DNA of 32,000 bases, taken from assembly GCA_965219605.1 (NCBI GenBank), contig CBDCOC010000001.1:1844229-1876228 (forward strand), written 5' to 3'. Below the pieces are notes generated by a model. It worked only from the letters and a program-made list of their open reading frames with translations, had not been told where the DNA came from and searched no databases. Position numbers and translations under genes: made by a program. Of the stretch, positions 12,680 through 21,075 are shown piece by piece (position 1 is the stretch's first letter; each line of letters starts with the position of its first letter). The DNA is from Bryobacterales bacterium. Lineage in GTDB: Bacteria; Acidobacteriota; Terriglobia; Bryobacterales; UBA6623.

Positions 12680-12814
12680 TTATACGCCTAGAGCGGCCAC
12701 GCATGCAACACAGCCCACGGGCATCGCAATAAAGATCACCACCAGTGCCACTATCAGTGCCGCAATAACGCCCATGCTGATCTTGAAGCCCTTGTTAAAG
12801 CTGCTTTCTTCCAT
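12680..12814 (-). CDS. Possible small membrane protein (44 aa) upstream of secA
   Basis: MEESSFNKGFKISMGVIAALIVALVVIFIAMPVGCVACVAALGV contains one clear TM helix. The stretch is locally AT-richer. A GAGG lies just upstream of the ATG, but the spacing is short. The ORF could extend to 12871. Confidence 0.3.
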   Translation of the reverse strand: MEESSFNKGFKISMGVIAALIVALVVIFIAMPVGCVACVAALGV

Positions 12815-13112
12815 AGCCTCTAGTTTACTCCCCGGTAGAGTAGAGAGAGATTTAACACAGCGATTCGTCACTGCCCAGATAGGTCGGCGGGAAAGTGCTC
12901 AGTATCTTTGAAGGTCAAGCCTGCTTCGGCCGGCTCCAGCGCGAGGAGCCGCACGCAGCGCTGGACTGGCACGCGCAGCAACCGGGGACTTGCCTCGCGG
13001 GCGGCGGGGCCGCCAGAAACGCCCCCGGAGCACAATCTGGAATCGCTGCTGCGCTAGGGCGTTTCGTGCCAAGACTCCCGGCAACTGCTCGCCTGCCGCT
13101 GCACGGCAGAGA

Positions 13113-14714
13113 CTACAGCCCCCACACCGTGATCGGCAGTTCGCCCGCTTGCGGCTCGCGGCGGAACAAGCGCTCGTCCCACGAGCGGCTAGGCCGCAAG
13201 TCGAAAACCACCAAATGCCCCGCTTCCGCCCCGCAGCGGTCCATGTACTCGGCCGTCTGCTCCCGCCCCTCGCGCAGCAAGCTCTCCAACCCAACTTTCG
13301 CCCTGCGCACTTTGCACTCGATGACGTAATTGCGCGGGCGCACCCGGCCCCCTGGCCCGCCGCGGCCCCACTCGATCAACAAGTCCGTGCGCCCGCGACC
13401 CACCGCGTACTCGCGCCCGATGCGCCCGCCGCTGTTGACCACCCGCTGCAGGTAGGCATGCAGCACCAACTGCGGCCCCGCCTCGGCGTGCCGGTAGCGC
13501 TCCACCCACGACTCGGCGTGCTCGCGGAAATAGCCCTGGAACGCGCTCAGCAGCCCGGCCACATCCAGACTGCCGTCGGCCTGCACGTACCACTCCGGCT
13601 TGACTTGCAGCTCAAGCCCCGATTGCAGCACTGCGGTCAGCTCGCGCGGCACCACCTCGGCATAGATCGGGTTCGCCATGCGCACTTCGCCCTTAGCAGC
13701 CACCAAGCCCAGATCGCGCACATACTCCAAGTCGCGTAGCGAGTAGTCCCAATCCGCAGACCCGGCCAGCATGGGCAGGATCACGCGCCGCACGCGCTCT
13801 TCGCGCAACTTGTCGGCCAGTTGGTCGAGGTGCGTCACGCGCCGCACAATGAGCGCCTCCTTGGCCGAGTCGATGGCTTGCATGCTGACGAGCTGCGTCG
13901 GGTCCGCACCGGGCTGGGCCCGCAAACAGGCCTCATATGCCAAGGCGTTGACCAGCCACGGCTGGCCGCAGGTCAGCGCCCAGATACGTTCGACCGCCGC
14001 CGTCTCGAAGGCTTGGCCGCGCTCGGCCGTGTACTGCGCCAGCAACTCCCGCACCTCTCTATGCGAAAAATCGCCGAGGCGCAGCGATTCGGCCTTGATG
14101 TTGAAGGCGCTGCCGCCCTTGACGTTGGCCCCCTCCCGGCTGGAATAGATCTGGTAGTCGCGCACGTCGCGCACGCCGCACAGGATCACGCTTTGCGGGA
14201 AATGCTGCGGCCGTCGGTCATAGTTCGCCCGCAACTGGCGCAGCACCGAGATCAGCGTGTCGCCGACCAGCGCATCGATCTCGTCGAGCAGCAGGACCAG
14301 CGGCTTGGCACTTGCCGCCGACCAGCGCACCAGCGTCTCGCCGAGCGCGCCATCCGGGCCCTCGCTCTGCAGGTAGTGCGCCCGCTGGCGGTCCACGAAG
14401 TCGTCCTGCAAAACATCGCGGGCACGGGAGGCCAACTGCCCGAGCACCCCTTGCATCGCCCGGGCGGTGTCCTCGCCGGCCGCTTGGCCCGCTTCCACGT
14501 TCACGTACAGGCAGCGGTACAGGCCCTCCGCGTTGAGACGGTCTTGCAGCGCCAGCAGGGTCGAAGTCTTGCCCGTCTGGCGCGGAGCGTGCAGGACGAA
14601 GTACTTCTTGCGGGCGATCAGTTCAAGGATCTCAGCGAGGTTGACGCGCGCCAGCGGATCGATGCAGTAATGCTCGCCCTCATTCACTGGGCCCTCGGTG
14701 TTGAAGTAGCGCAC
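13113..14714 (-). CDS. AAA-ATPase-like protein with C-terminal PD-(D/E)XK nuclease-like domain
   Basis: RYFNTEGPVNEGEHYCIDPL...KKYFVLHAPRQTGKTS (Walker A), PLVLLLDEIDAL (Walker B) and C-terminal GRGRTDLLIEW...NYVIECKV (D...ExK). Homologues begin close to YFNT, so the GTG at 14714 is preferred over the ATG at 14987. Confidence 0.8.
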   Translation of the reverse strand: MRYFNTEGPVNEGEHYCIDPLARVNLAEILELIARKKYFVLHAPRQTGKTSTLLALQDRLNAEGLYRCLYVNVEAGQAAGEDTARAMQGVLGQLASRARDVLQDDFVDRQRAHYLQSEGPDGALGETLVRWSAASAKPLVLLLDEIDALVGDTLISVLRQLRANYDRRPQHFPQSVILCGVRDVRDYQIYSSREGANVKGGSAFNIKAESLRLGDFSHREVRELLAQYTAERGQAFETAAVERIWALTCGQPWLVNALAYEACLRAQPGADPTQLVSMQAIDSAKEALIVRRVTHLDQLADKLREERVRRVILPMLAGSADWDYSLRDLEYVRDLGLVAAKGEVRMANPIYAEVVPRELTAVLQSGLELQVKPEWYVQADGSLDVAGLLSAFQGYFREHAESWVERYRHAEAGPQLVLHAYLQRVVNSGGRIGREYAVGRGRTDLLIEWGRGGPGGRVRPRNYVIECKVRRAKVGLESLLREGREQTAEYMDRCGAEAGHLVVFDLRPSRSWDERLFRREPQAGELPITVWGL

Positions 14715-14875
14715 GACAGCTTGAGTATGGCATGGATCCTCGGCACCAGCGACGGCCGCCGGCAATTCCCACTGTGGCTTTTTTTCGTCGCGCGCACCGC
14801 TGCGCCGCAGGCCGCTGTGCAGCAAGCCTCGGCCCTGCTTGCCTAGCCGCCCGTGCGAGAAAGTGCGGGATGTCC

Positions 14876-14889
14876 GGGGGGGGGGGGGG
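14876..14889. repeat. Homopolymeric G14 (C14 on the gene strand) tract
   Basis: Counted directly: G at every position from 14876 to 14889. Confidence 0.95.
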
Positions 14890-15217
14890 CAGCCATTCCC
14901 AGTATGGCTTCGAAGGATGGACTGGGCGGGCAGCGATTGGCCTGCCAGGGAGGACGGCTGGTCTAGTGGGGCGGCAGATCGGGACACACGGCCGCTGGCC
15001 GGTTGCTACCGCGCAGCGATGCGGCATCACCCGATTCAGAATGCGCTGACACCTCCGTCAAGTCGGTCCCCGTACGAATGGGAGATCGGATCATCATCTC
15101 GCTTCTCCCTAATGGTCGGTCAAAGGCCGGGAGGAGCCGACAACCCGGCTGCCCGCCGCTTCCGCCAGCCGCTTGCCATCCACCACGGAACTGGCAGCAC
15201 CGGCAAATCCAGATTCT

Positions 15218-15240
15218 GCGCGGCTGGAGACCGCGCTTTT
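15218..15240 (+). terminator. Candidate intrinsic terminator on the + strand
   Basis: GCGCGG-ctggaga-CCGCGC followed by TTTT. No annotated + strand gene lies upstream. Confidence 0.3.
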
Positions 15241-15296
15241 GCAGCCCCAAGGCGTACGGCACCATCCCCGTCCAGCAAAAATCAGCGATGGAGCAA

Positions 15297-15812
15297 TCAG
15301 GGCTGCGAGCCGCGCGGAGCCGCCCCTTTTTTCAGGTAGGCGTAGTAGCCGAGATCCTGACCGGTGAGATGCTTGGTCGCCCAGATGATCTGGCCGACAT
15401 GCCCCGCGAAGTGGGTCAGCACGTGCATGATCGCGTGCAGCACGGTCACCTCGTAGACTTGGATGCTGCGGGTTTCCAGCAAGGAATCGGCCGGCACGGC
15501 CGCCAGCACGGCGTCCGCCTCGTCCACCGTGCCGCTCAGGCGCTCGGTCAGCGCCGCAGCTGGGAGCGTGTCGCGCGTTGCAAATTCCCAATCCCGGTCG
15601 CGATTGTCCGGCTGCCCGCCCACGCCGCTGACGATCCACTGGCGCACGTTGCCAGACAGATGCAGGACTAGGTTTCCGATCGAATTCTCGATTGCATGCT
15701 CGCGATGCCAGATCTGCTGCTCCGCCAACCGGCCGAGGCAGTCGCTCACCCGCGCGCAGCCCTGCCGGAGCTCCTTGCGCGAGACCCGCAGGAACTCCGC
15801 GCCTGTCTGCAT
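15297..15812 (-). CDS. DinB-like / DUF1572 family protein
   Basis: NSIGNLVLHLSGNVRQWI...HAIMHVLTHFAGHVGQI is the His-rich four-helix-bundle pattern of the DinB superfamily. ATG at 15812. Confidence 0.8.
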   Translation of the reverse strand: MQTGAEFLRVSRKELRQGCARVSDCLGRLAEQQIWHREHAIENSIGNLVLHLSGNVRQWIVSGVGGQPDNRDRDWEFATRDTLPAAALTERLSGTVDEADAVLAAVPADSLLETRSIQVYEVTVLHAIMHVLTHFAGHVGQIIWATKHLTGQDLGYYAYLKKGAAPRGSQP

Positions 15813-15844
15813 TGCGGGCACTCCCCGCTGCTCGTGCGGCACGT

Positions 15845-16276
15845 TCACTGCAAGGGGGAGAAATCGGTGGCCTTGAGCCACTGATTCTCGATCGCGGCAA
15901 CGAGCCGGCCGCCTTTGCGGGACGCGGCGGCGACGGCCTTCCACGCCGGGTCCGCGGCGAAACTCGCCCATGATTTCCTAGCCGCCTCGCGGCTGTCGTG
16001 GGCAAGGATGTAAACCAGCGTGCTGCCCGTTGCATCGCCCTCGGCGGGCGTCCAGTACCCAATCAGTTGCATGCCATGCTTGACGAACAGATGGTTCGTG
16101 TGCTCGCGGAAGCGCGCCAGGAGGTCTGGCAGCTTGCCGTCCGCAGCGGTGTATGTACGCATTTCGAAGACGCGCCCGGCGTCTTGGTGCCCGGCGCTGT
16201 CGTTGTCGTCGTCAGCCGGGGCGGAAAGCGGAGCTAGCAGAAGCAGCGGCAGAAGCGCTGCGGGGAACTTGGCCAT
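15845..16276 (-). CDS. NIPSNAP family protein with signal peptide
   Basis: MAKFPAALLPLLLLAPLSAPA leader, then VFEMRTYTAADGKLPDLLARFREHTNHLFVKHGMQLIGYW, which is typical of NIPSNAP. Confidence 0.75.
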   Translation of the reverse strand: MAKFPAALLPLLLLAPLSAPADDDNDSAGHQDAGRVFEMRTYTAADGKLPDLLARFREHTNHLFVKHGMQLIGYWTPAEGDATGSTLVYILAHDSREAARKSWASFAADPAWKAVAAASRKGGRLVAAIENQWLKATDFSPLQ

Positions 16277-16304
16277 GGCGTCCTCCTTGGATCAGGCAGG
16301 CAAG

Positions 16305-17315
16305 TCAGTCGCCGGCAAGCTTGACGACCTGCTTTCCAATATTAGCGCCGCCGAACATGCCGATGAACGCAGCGGGTGCGTTTTCGATGCCCTCGGCGAC
16401 AGTTTCCCGATATTTGAGCTTGCCGTCTCTCACCCACTCGGCCAGCTGGGCGAGCGATTCGTCGTCCTGCTCGCAGAAGTCGAACACCAAGAAGCCCTGC
16501 GCGCGGATGCGCTTGGCGATGAAGTGCCACAGCAGGCGTGGCCCCACCGGCGCGCTGGTGTCGTTGTACTGGGAGATCTGGCCGCAGATCGACACCCTGG
16601 AGTGGAGATTGAGTTGCCGGAAGACCGCATCGGTCACGGGCCCGCCCACGTTGTCGAAATACACGTCAATGCCGTCGGGCGCTGCCGAGCGGAGCGCGCT
16701 GAAAAATGCGTCGTCCTTGTAATCGACCGCCTCGTCGAATCCGAACTCCCCGGTCAGCAAGGAGCACTTCTCGGCGCCGCCGGCGATGCCGATGGCGCGA
16801 CAGCCGTGCAGGCGGGCAATCTGGCCGACCGCCGAGCCCACCGCGCCGGCGGCGCCGGACACGCACACCGTCTCGCCGGGCTTCACCCCCGCAACCTTCA
16901 GCAAGCCGTAATACGCGGTCAGGCCCGGCATGCCGAGCACCCCTAGGTAGGCCGATAACGGCGCGGCCTGGGCGTCAACGACGCGCAGGCTGCCAGCCGC
17001 AGCAAGCGCGTACTCCTGCCAGCCCAGACCGCCGGTGACGTGGTCGCCCACAGCGATCGCAGCGCTATTCGATTCGATGACCTCGCCCACCGACGCGCCG
17101 ACCATTGTCTGGCCGATTTCCACAGGGGCGGCGTACGACTTGCGGCCGCTCATGCGCCCGCGCATGTAGGGGTCTACGGACATGTAGCGGGCCCGCACGA
17201 GGCACTCGCCCGGGCCAGGACTCGACACGGGCACCTCTTCCAGCCGGAAGTCCGATGGCTTGGGCAGGCCCGCGGGCCGTGCGGCGAGCACGATGCGTCG
17301 GTTGGTCATTGGCAC
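16305..17315 (-). CDS. NADP-dependent oxidoreductase, medium-chain dehydrogenase/reductase family (YncB/PTGR-like)
   Basis: RIVLAARPAGLPKPSDFRLEE start, GETVCVSGAAGAVGSAVGQIA dinucleotide-binding motif, and GKLKYRETV...ENAPAAFIGMFGGANIGKQVVKL tail. Confidence 0.85.
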   Translation of the reverse strand: MPMTNRRIVLAARPAGLPKPSDFRLEEVPVSSPGPGECLVRARYMSVDPYMRGRMSGRKSYAAPVEIGQTMVGASVGEVIESNSAAIAVGDHVTGGLGWQEYALAAAGSLRVVDAQAAPLSAYLGVLGMPGLTAYYGLLKVAGVKPGETVCVSGAAGAVGSAVGQIARLHGCRAIGIAGGAEKCSLLTGEFGFDEAVDYKDDAFFSALRSAAPDGIDVYFDNVGGPVTDAVFRQLNLHSRVSICGQISQYNDTSAPVGPRLLWHFIAKRIRAQGFLVFDFCEQDDESLAQLAEWVRDGKLKYRETVAEGIENAPAAFIGMFGGANIGKQVVKLAGD

Positions 17316-17365
17316 ACCGAGAGTCTAGCAAGCGCTCGGGGAGAGGCCTGCGGGCCGAGGACGCG

Positions 17366-18034
17366 CTAGAAGCGGCGGGTGCCGAGCCGGCTCACGTCGA
17401 ATTCGGCCGTCTTGGCGACTGCCATGACAGCCATGACCCCCGCCTGGACGGGATCCGTGACGACCAAGTCCGCGGCCGCAGGCACCGAACCGGCCATGTT
17501 CAGCGAGATGACCAGCAATCCCTTGGCTTGCACCGCCCGGACGGAGCGCTCGATCTCCCCGCCCATCAGGGCACCGGCTAGCACGACTGCCTCGACGCGC
17601 GGAAGGCGAGCTGTGGCCAGCACGGCCTCGGCGATCTTGGACTCGCCAACCAACGGGATCGTATCCACGGAAATACGTTCCCCGCGCAGATTGTGGCGGT
17701 CTGCTTCCGACACCGCTCCGACGACGACCTGGCCCACTTGCGAGCCGCCCCCAATAATCACGATGCGCTTGCCGAAGACATGCTGGTGGGTGTGGTTGGC
17801 CCGCACCGAACGCACTCCATCTAGAGCGGACAGAGCATCGACGAAGCCTGCCAACGGCTGCGATGTCGCAAGCTCGACCGCGATTGTCTCTACCGGCTGC
17901 TGCGCGTCGAGGATGGAGATCCAAGTGATGCGCGCTTCCTGAGCGGCCACGGCCTCGGCGATCCGGCGCAATGCCGCCCCGTCACCATCCACCTCGATTG
18001 CGAGGGCCAGTGTGTTGCCTGTTTCGGTCGGCAT
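17366..18034 (-). CDS. Hypothetical protein, N-terminal ACT-like region plus glycine-rich (IIGGGSQVGQ) C-terminal domain
   Basis: Clean 222-aa ORF with a codon pattern typical for the window. Family assignment is uncertain. Confidence 0.6.
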   Translation of the reverse strand: MPTETGNTLALAIEVDGDGAALRRIAEAVAAQEARITWISILDAQQPVETIAVELATSQPLAGFVDALSALDGVRSVRANHTHQHVFGKRIVIIGGGSQVGQVVVGAVSEADRHNLRGERISVDTIPLVGESKIAEAVLATARLPRVEAVVLAGALMGGEIERSVRAVQAKGLLVISLNMAGSVPAAADLVVTDPVQAGVMAVMAVAKTAEFDVSRLGTRRF

Positions 18035-18147
18035 GCCGGGCGCTGCCTCGCCTCTCAGAATTGCACAAACGCCCAGCTAGGCGATGCATCGGCCCGAGGA
18101 AGCGCCCCAACAGAGCGCAGGAGGCTGTGCCATGATGGGCAGCAGAA

Positions 18148-19482
18148 ATGGCCTCGCACATCCACGAGCGGGCAGCGAGCACGCTGATGCGCGAGCTTAG
18201 CCGGATCGTCTCGCAAGAGGTGCGCGATCCGAGCGTCACTGCGGTCCGGGTGAGCAAGGTCGAACTCTCGCCGGACAAGCGCAACGCGCGTGTCCTGGTC
18301 GCATTCTGGGATCCCAAGGACGGCGAAGAAGCGAGCCAAACCCCTTTGGCAGCGCTGGAGCGCGCCACGCCTTTCATTCGCAAGGCACTCGCCGGCAGCT
18401 TGCGCATGCGCCACGTGCCCGAACTGCGCTTCGCGTACGACCTGGCCGAGCAGCACACCAATCGCATCGAGACGCTGCTAGAGGGCATACACGAGGGGGG
18501 CAAGAAGGGACTGGCCGTGCTGCTCGCCGCCTGCGCCCTGCAAGCGGCCTGGACGCCTCGCTTGTCAGCGCTCGAGCGGCTCGAGTCCTCCGCGGCGATC
18601 ATGGGCAGCGAGTTTCGCATTGCCTGCTACGCCCCCACCAAGAAGCTCGCCGCCGGTGCGGTCACGGCCGCGCTGGACGAAGTCCGGCGCGTGGATTCCA
18701 TGCTCAGCAATTACAAGCCGAGCAGCGAGTTGAGCCGCATCAACCGCAAGGCCGGCCGCGGCAAAGTGCCGGTCTCGGAGGAAATGGCCGCACTACTCGA
18801 ACTTTGCCTGCGCTATTCCAGAGCCAGCGACGGCGCGTTTGACATCACCGTGGGAGCGCTTGTCAAGGCATGGGGCTTTTTCGGGGGCGAGGGCGGCATG
18901 CCTGGCCTTTGGAGCTTGTGGCTGGCGAGGCGCAACAGCGGCTACCAACACCTACAGGTGGACCGGGCCAAGGGCACGGTGCGCTTCCTGCGTTCCGGTC
19001 TCAAGCTAGATCCGGGAGGGATCGGCAAGGGCTATGCGGTGGACCGGGCCGTCGCGGCTCTCCGCGAGTACGGAGTCGACACAGCGCTGGTTAGTTCGGG
19101 CACCAGCAGCATTTTCGGGCTGGGAGCGCCGCCCGGCAGCGCCGCTGGCTGGGAGTTGGACCTCCGCGGAGCCAAAGCCGCTGATCGCGGGTTCATGACC
19201 GTGACGCTGAAGAACGAAGGCTTGTCGACTTCCGGATCCTACGAAAAGTTCTTCGAAAAGGACGGCGCGCGCTACGGCCACATCCTTGACCCGCGCACGG
19301 GGCGGCCCGCTGCGGGCATGACCGCGGTGTCCGTGATTGGCCCGAGCGCTACCGACACCGAGGCATGGTCGACCGCGCTGTACGTCAACGGAAGCGGGTG
19401 GGCGCGCGCCCATGGCGTGCCGCAGGGGCGGGCACTGCTCTGCCCGGACGGCCGGGCTTGCGGCTGGCTCGCCAGCGATTGA
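18148..19482 (+). CDS. Single ORF joining ribosome-binding factor A (aa 1-115) to FAD:protein FMN transferase ApbE (about aa 120-444)
   Basis: RbfA blocks: RAASTLMRELSRIVSQEVRDPSV...VSKVELSPDKRNARV...MRHVPELRF. ApbE blocks: MGSEFRI...SELSRIN...DGAFDITVGALV..., DPGGIGKGYAVD, GHILDPRTGRP and TDTEAWSTAL. There is no stop codon between them. Lipobox LLAAC has its Cys at 18532-18534. Confidence 0.7.
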   Translation: MASHIHERAASTLMRELSRIVSQEVRDPSVTAVRVSKVELSPDKRNARVLVAFWDPKDGEEASQTPLAALERATPFIRKALAGSLRMRHVPELRFAYDLAEQHTNRIETLLEGIHEGGKKGLAVLLAACALQAAWTPRLSALERLESSAAIMGSEFRIACYAPTKKLAAGAVTAALDEVRRVDSMLSNYKPSSELSRINRKAGRGKVPVSEEMAALLELCLRYSRASDGAFDITVGALVKAWGFFGGEGGMPGLWSLWLARRNSGYQHLQVDRAKGTVRFLRSGLKLDPGGIGKGYAVDRAVAALREYGVDTALVSSGTSSIFGLGAPPGSAAGWELDLRGAKAADRGFMTVTLKNEGLSTSGSYEKFFEKDGARYGHILDPRTGRPAAGMTAVSVIGPSATDTEAWSTALYVNGSGWARAHGVPQGRALLCPDGRACGWLASD

Positions 19483-19501
19483 ACAGAGCGCCGGCGAGGC
19501 T

Positions 19502-20527
19502 TCAGTTCAGGTCTGCCCCGGCCGGCGCGGGACTGGCGGCCGCAGGGCGCTGCGGGTCGCGGAAGAAATCGACGGCGGATGCCTTGTGCACGCAGGACAC
19601 GGTGCAGGCGGGAGCGCAATCCTTGGGCGTGCGATACGCATGTCGGACGTCTGCAACGGTGTATTCGGATAGCGGGATGCCGGGGATCCCACGCTGCTGC
19701 GAGCAATAATGCACGATCCCGTCCTCGCAAACGTAGAGATAGCGCGCACCGGCGCGGCATTGCCACTTGTTGGTGCGGCCGTCAACCAAGTTGTCTTGGA
19801 AGTATGTCAGGCGGCTGTAGCCCCGCTTGGAGAGCGCCTTGACACGCTCGTATACGCGCCGCTCGTGCTTTCCCAGCGGCTTCAGCTGGCCGGATCCATC
19901 GTGGATCACGCCAATCGTGCTGGTGAAGCCTAGCGCCGTGGCGCGCTGGGCGACGGTGTACGCGTCGGCCGGGTTGGGGATCCCAGCGCCCACCACCGAG
20001 TTGATGTTGACCTCGAAATCGGCATGCTCGGCCAGCATTTCCAGCTTCTTGTCAAGCACCTGCAGGCTTTTCATCGACGTCTGGTCGGGTGCCACGTTGT
20101 CGATGCTGATCTGTAGATATTCCAAGCCGGCGCGGTTGAGCTGCTGGATGCGCTGCGGCCCGAGCAAGTACCCGTTTGTGATCAGGCCCGCGATCATGCC
20201 GCGCGAACGGATGTGGCGGATCAGGTCATCCAGCTGCGGGTGCAGCATGGGCTCTCCGCCGCTCAGCGTGATGACGCTCACGCGCAGATCCGCCAAGGCG
20301 TCGGTGCGGTCGACCAAGACATCGAAGGGCACCGGGGAGGAGACATGGTCGTACTCGTTGCAATAGGCGCAAGCGATGTTGCACCGGCGGGTCGGGATCA
20401 TATGGGCCAAGACCGGATGGTCGGTATCGGCCAATGCCTTGACAATCATGCGGGCTTCGCGCAAGCCGCGATGCAAACCCAGCAACTTGCGGCGAAAGCG
20501 AGTGCGCAAGGATACGTTCGGCATCAC
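19502..20527 (-). CDS. Radical SAM protein with Cys-rich (SPASM/twitch-like) C-terminus
   Basis: CNIACAYCNEY is the CxxxCxxC cluster and TLSGGEPMLHP is a SAM-binding block. The C-terminal cysteines are CRAGARYLYVCEDGIVHYCS and CAPACTVSC. Confidence 0.85.
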   Translation of the reverse strand: MMPNVSLRTRFRRKLLGLHRGLREARMIVKALADTDHPVLAHMIPTRRCNIACAYCNEYDHVSSPVPFDVLVDRTDALADLRVSVITLSGGEPMLHPQLDDLIRHIRSRGMIAGLITNGYLLGPQRIQQLNRAGLEYLQISIDNVAPDQTSMKSLQVLDKKLEMLAEHADFEVNINSVVGAGIPNPADAYTVAQRATALGFTSTIGVIHDGSGQLKPLGKHERRVYERVKALSKRGYSRLTYFQDNLVDGRTNKWQCRAGARYLYVCEDGIVHYCSQQRGIPGIPLSEYTVADVRHAYRTPKDCAPACTVSCVHKASAVDFFRDPQRPAAASPAPAGADLN

Positions 20528-20867
20528 GGTCGCGCGGCAGTGGCGGGCGAGACGCCCGTCACATCGTTACCGGTCAATTATAGGCCCGAGAGGGCCCGTG
20601 GTTCTAGAGACGGCGAGCAGCGGCACCGGACGCGGCAAGCTGAAGCGAACCGTCCCGCCGATCCGAAGACGGCTTCGCAGGACGGGCAGATGGGGCGAGA
20701 ACAGGCCGGTCACGGCTGGATATAGGGAGAGTGCCGAGGCCCGGCGAGGCCCTTCTCGGGCCAGAGGCGCCGCACGGGAGGAAGAACATCAAGAGGGGCT
20801 GGCAGGCCAAGGGCGCGGCACAGCTTGCGGGACATGCAAGGTCATTCGCTTGCGATGCTAACGGCGA

Positions 20868-20896
20868 TTGCGCCGGAACACCGCATGGTGTACACT
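20868..20896 (+). promoter_or_regulatory. Candidate sigma70-type promoter for the tRNA pair
   Basis: TTGCGC (20868-73), N17, TACACT (20891-96), ending 12 nt before the tRNA-Gly 5' end. Confidence 0.35.
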
Positions 20897-20908
20897 GAGG
20901 CACTGTCA

Positions 20909-20984
20909 GCGGGAGTAACTCAGCTGGTAGAGTGCGACCTTGCCAAGGTCGATGTCGCGGGTTCGAGTCCCGTCTCCCGCTCCA
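20909..20984 (+). tRNA. tRNA-Gly (anticodon GCC), CCA encoded
   Basis: Hand-folded cloverleaf. Acceptor stem GCGGGAG/CTCCCGC, D arm ACTC..GAGT, anticodon arm CGACC-TTGCCAA-GGTCG, T arm GCGGG-TTCGAGT-CCCGT. Confidence 0.9.
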
Positions 20985-21000
20985 CTCCGGCCGAGGCTGT

Positions 21001-21075
<75 letters not shown>

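Noticed and set aside
13113-14987. Full 624-aa version of the ATPase/nuclease ORF starting at the ATG at 14987.
   Set aside because: The 90-aa extension is low complexity, includes the poly-Pro read of the C14 tract, and precedes the point where family members begin (YFNT...). It is kept only as an alternative in the homopolymer finding.
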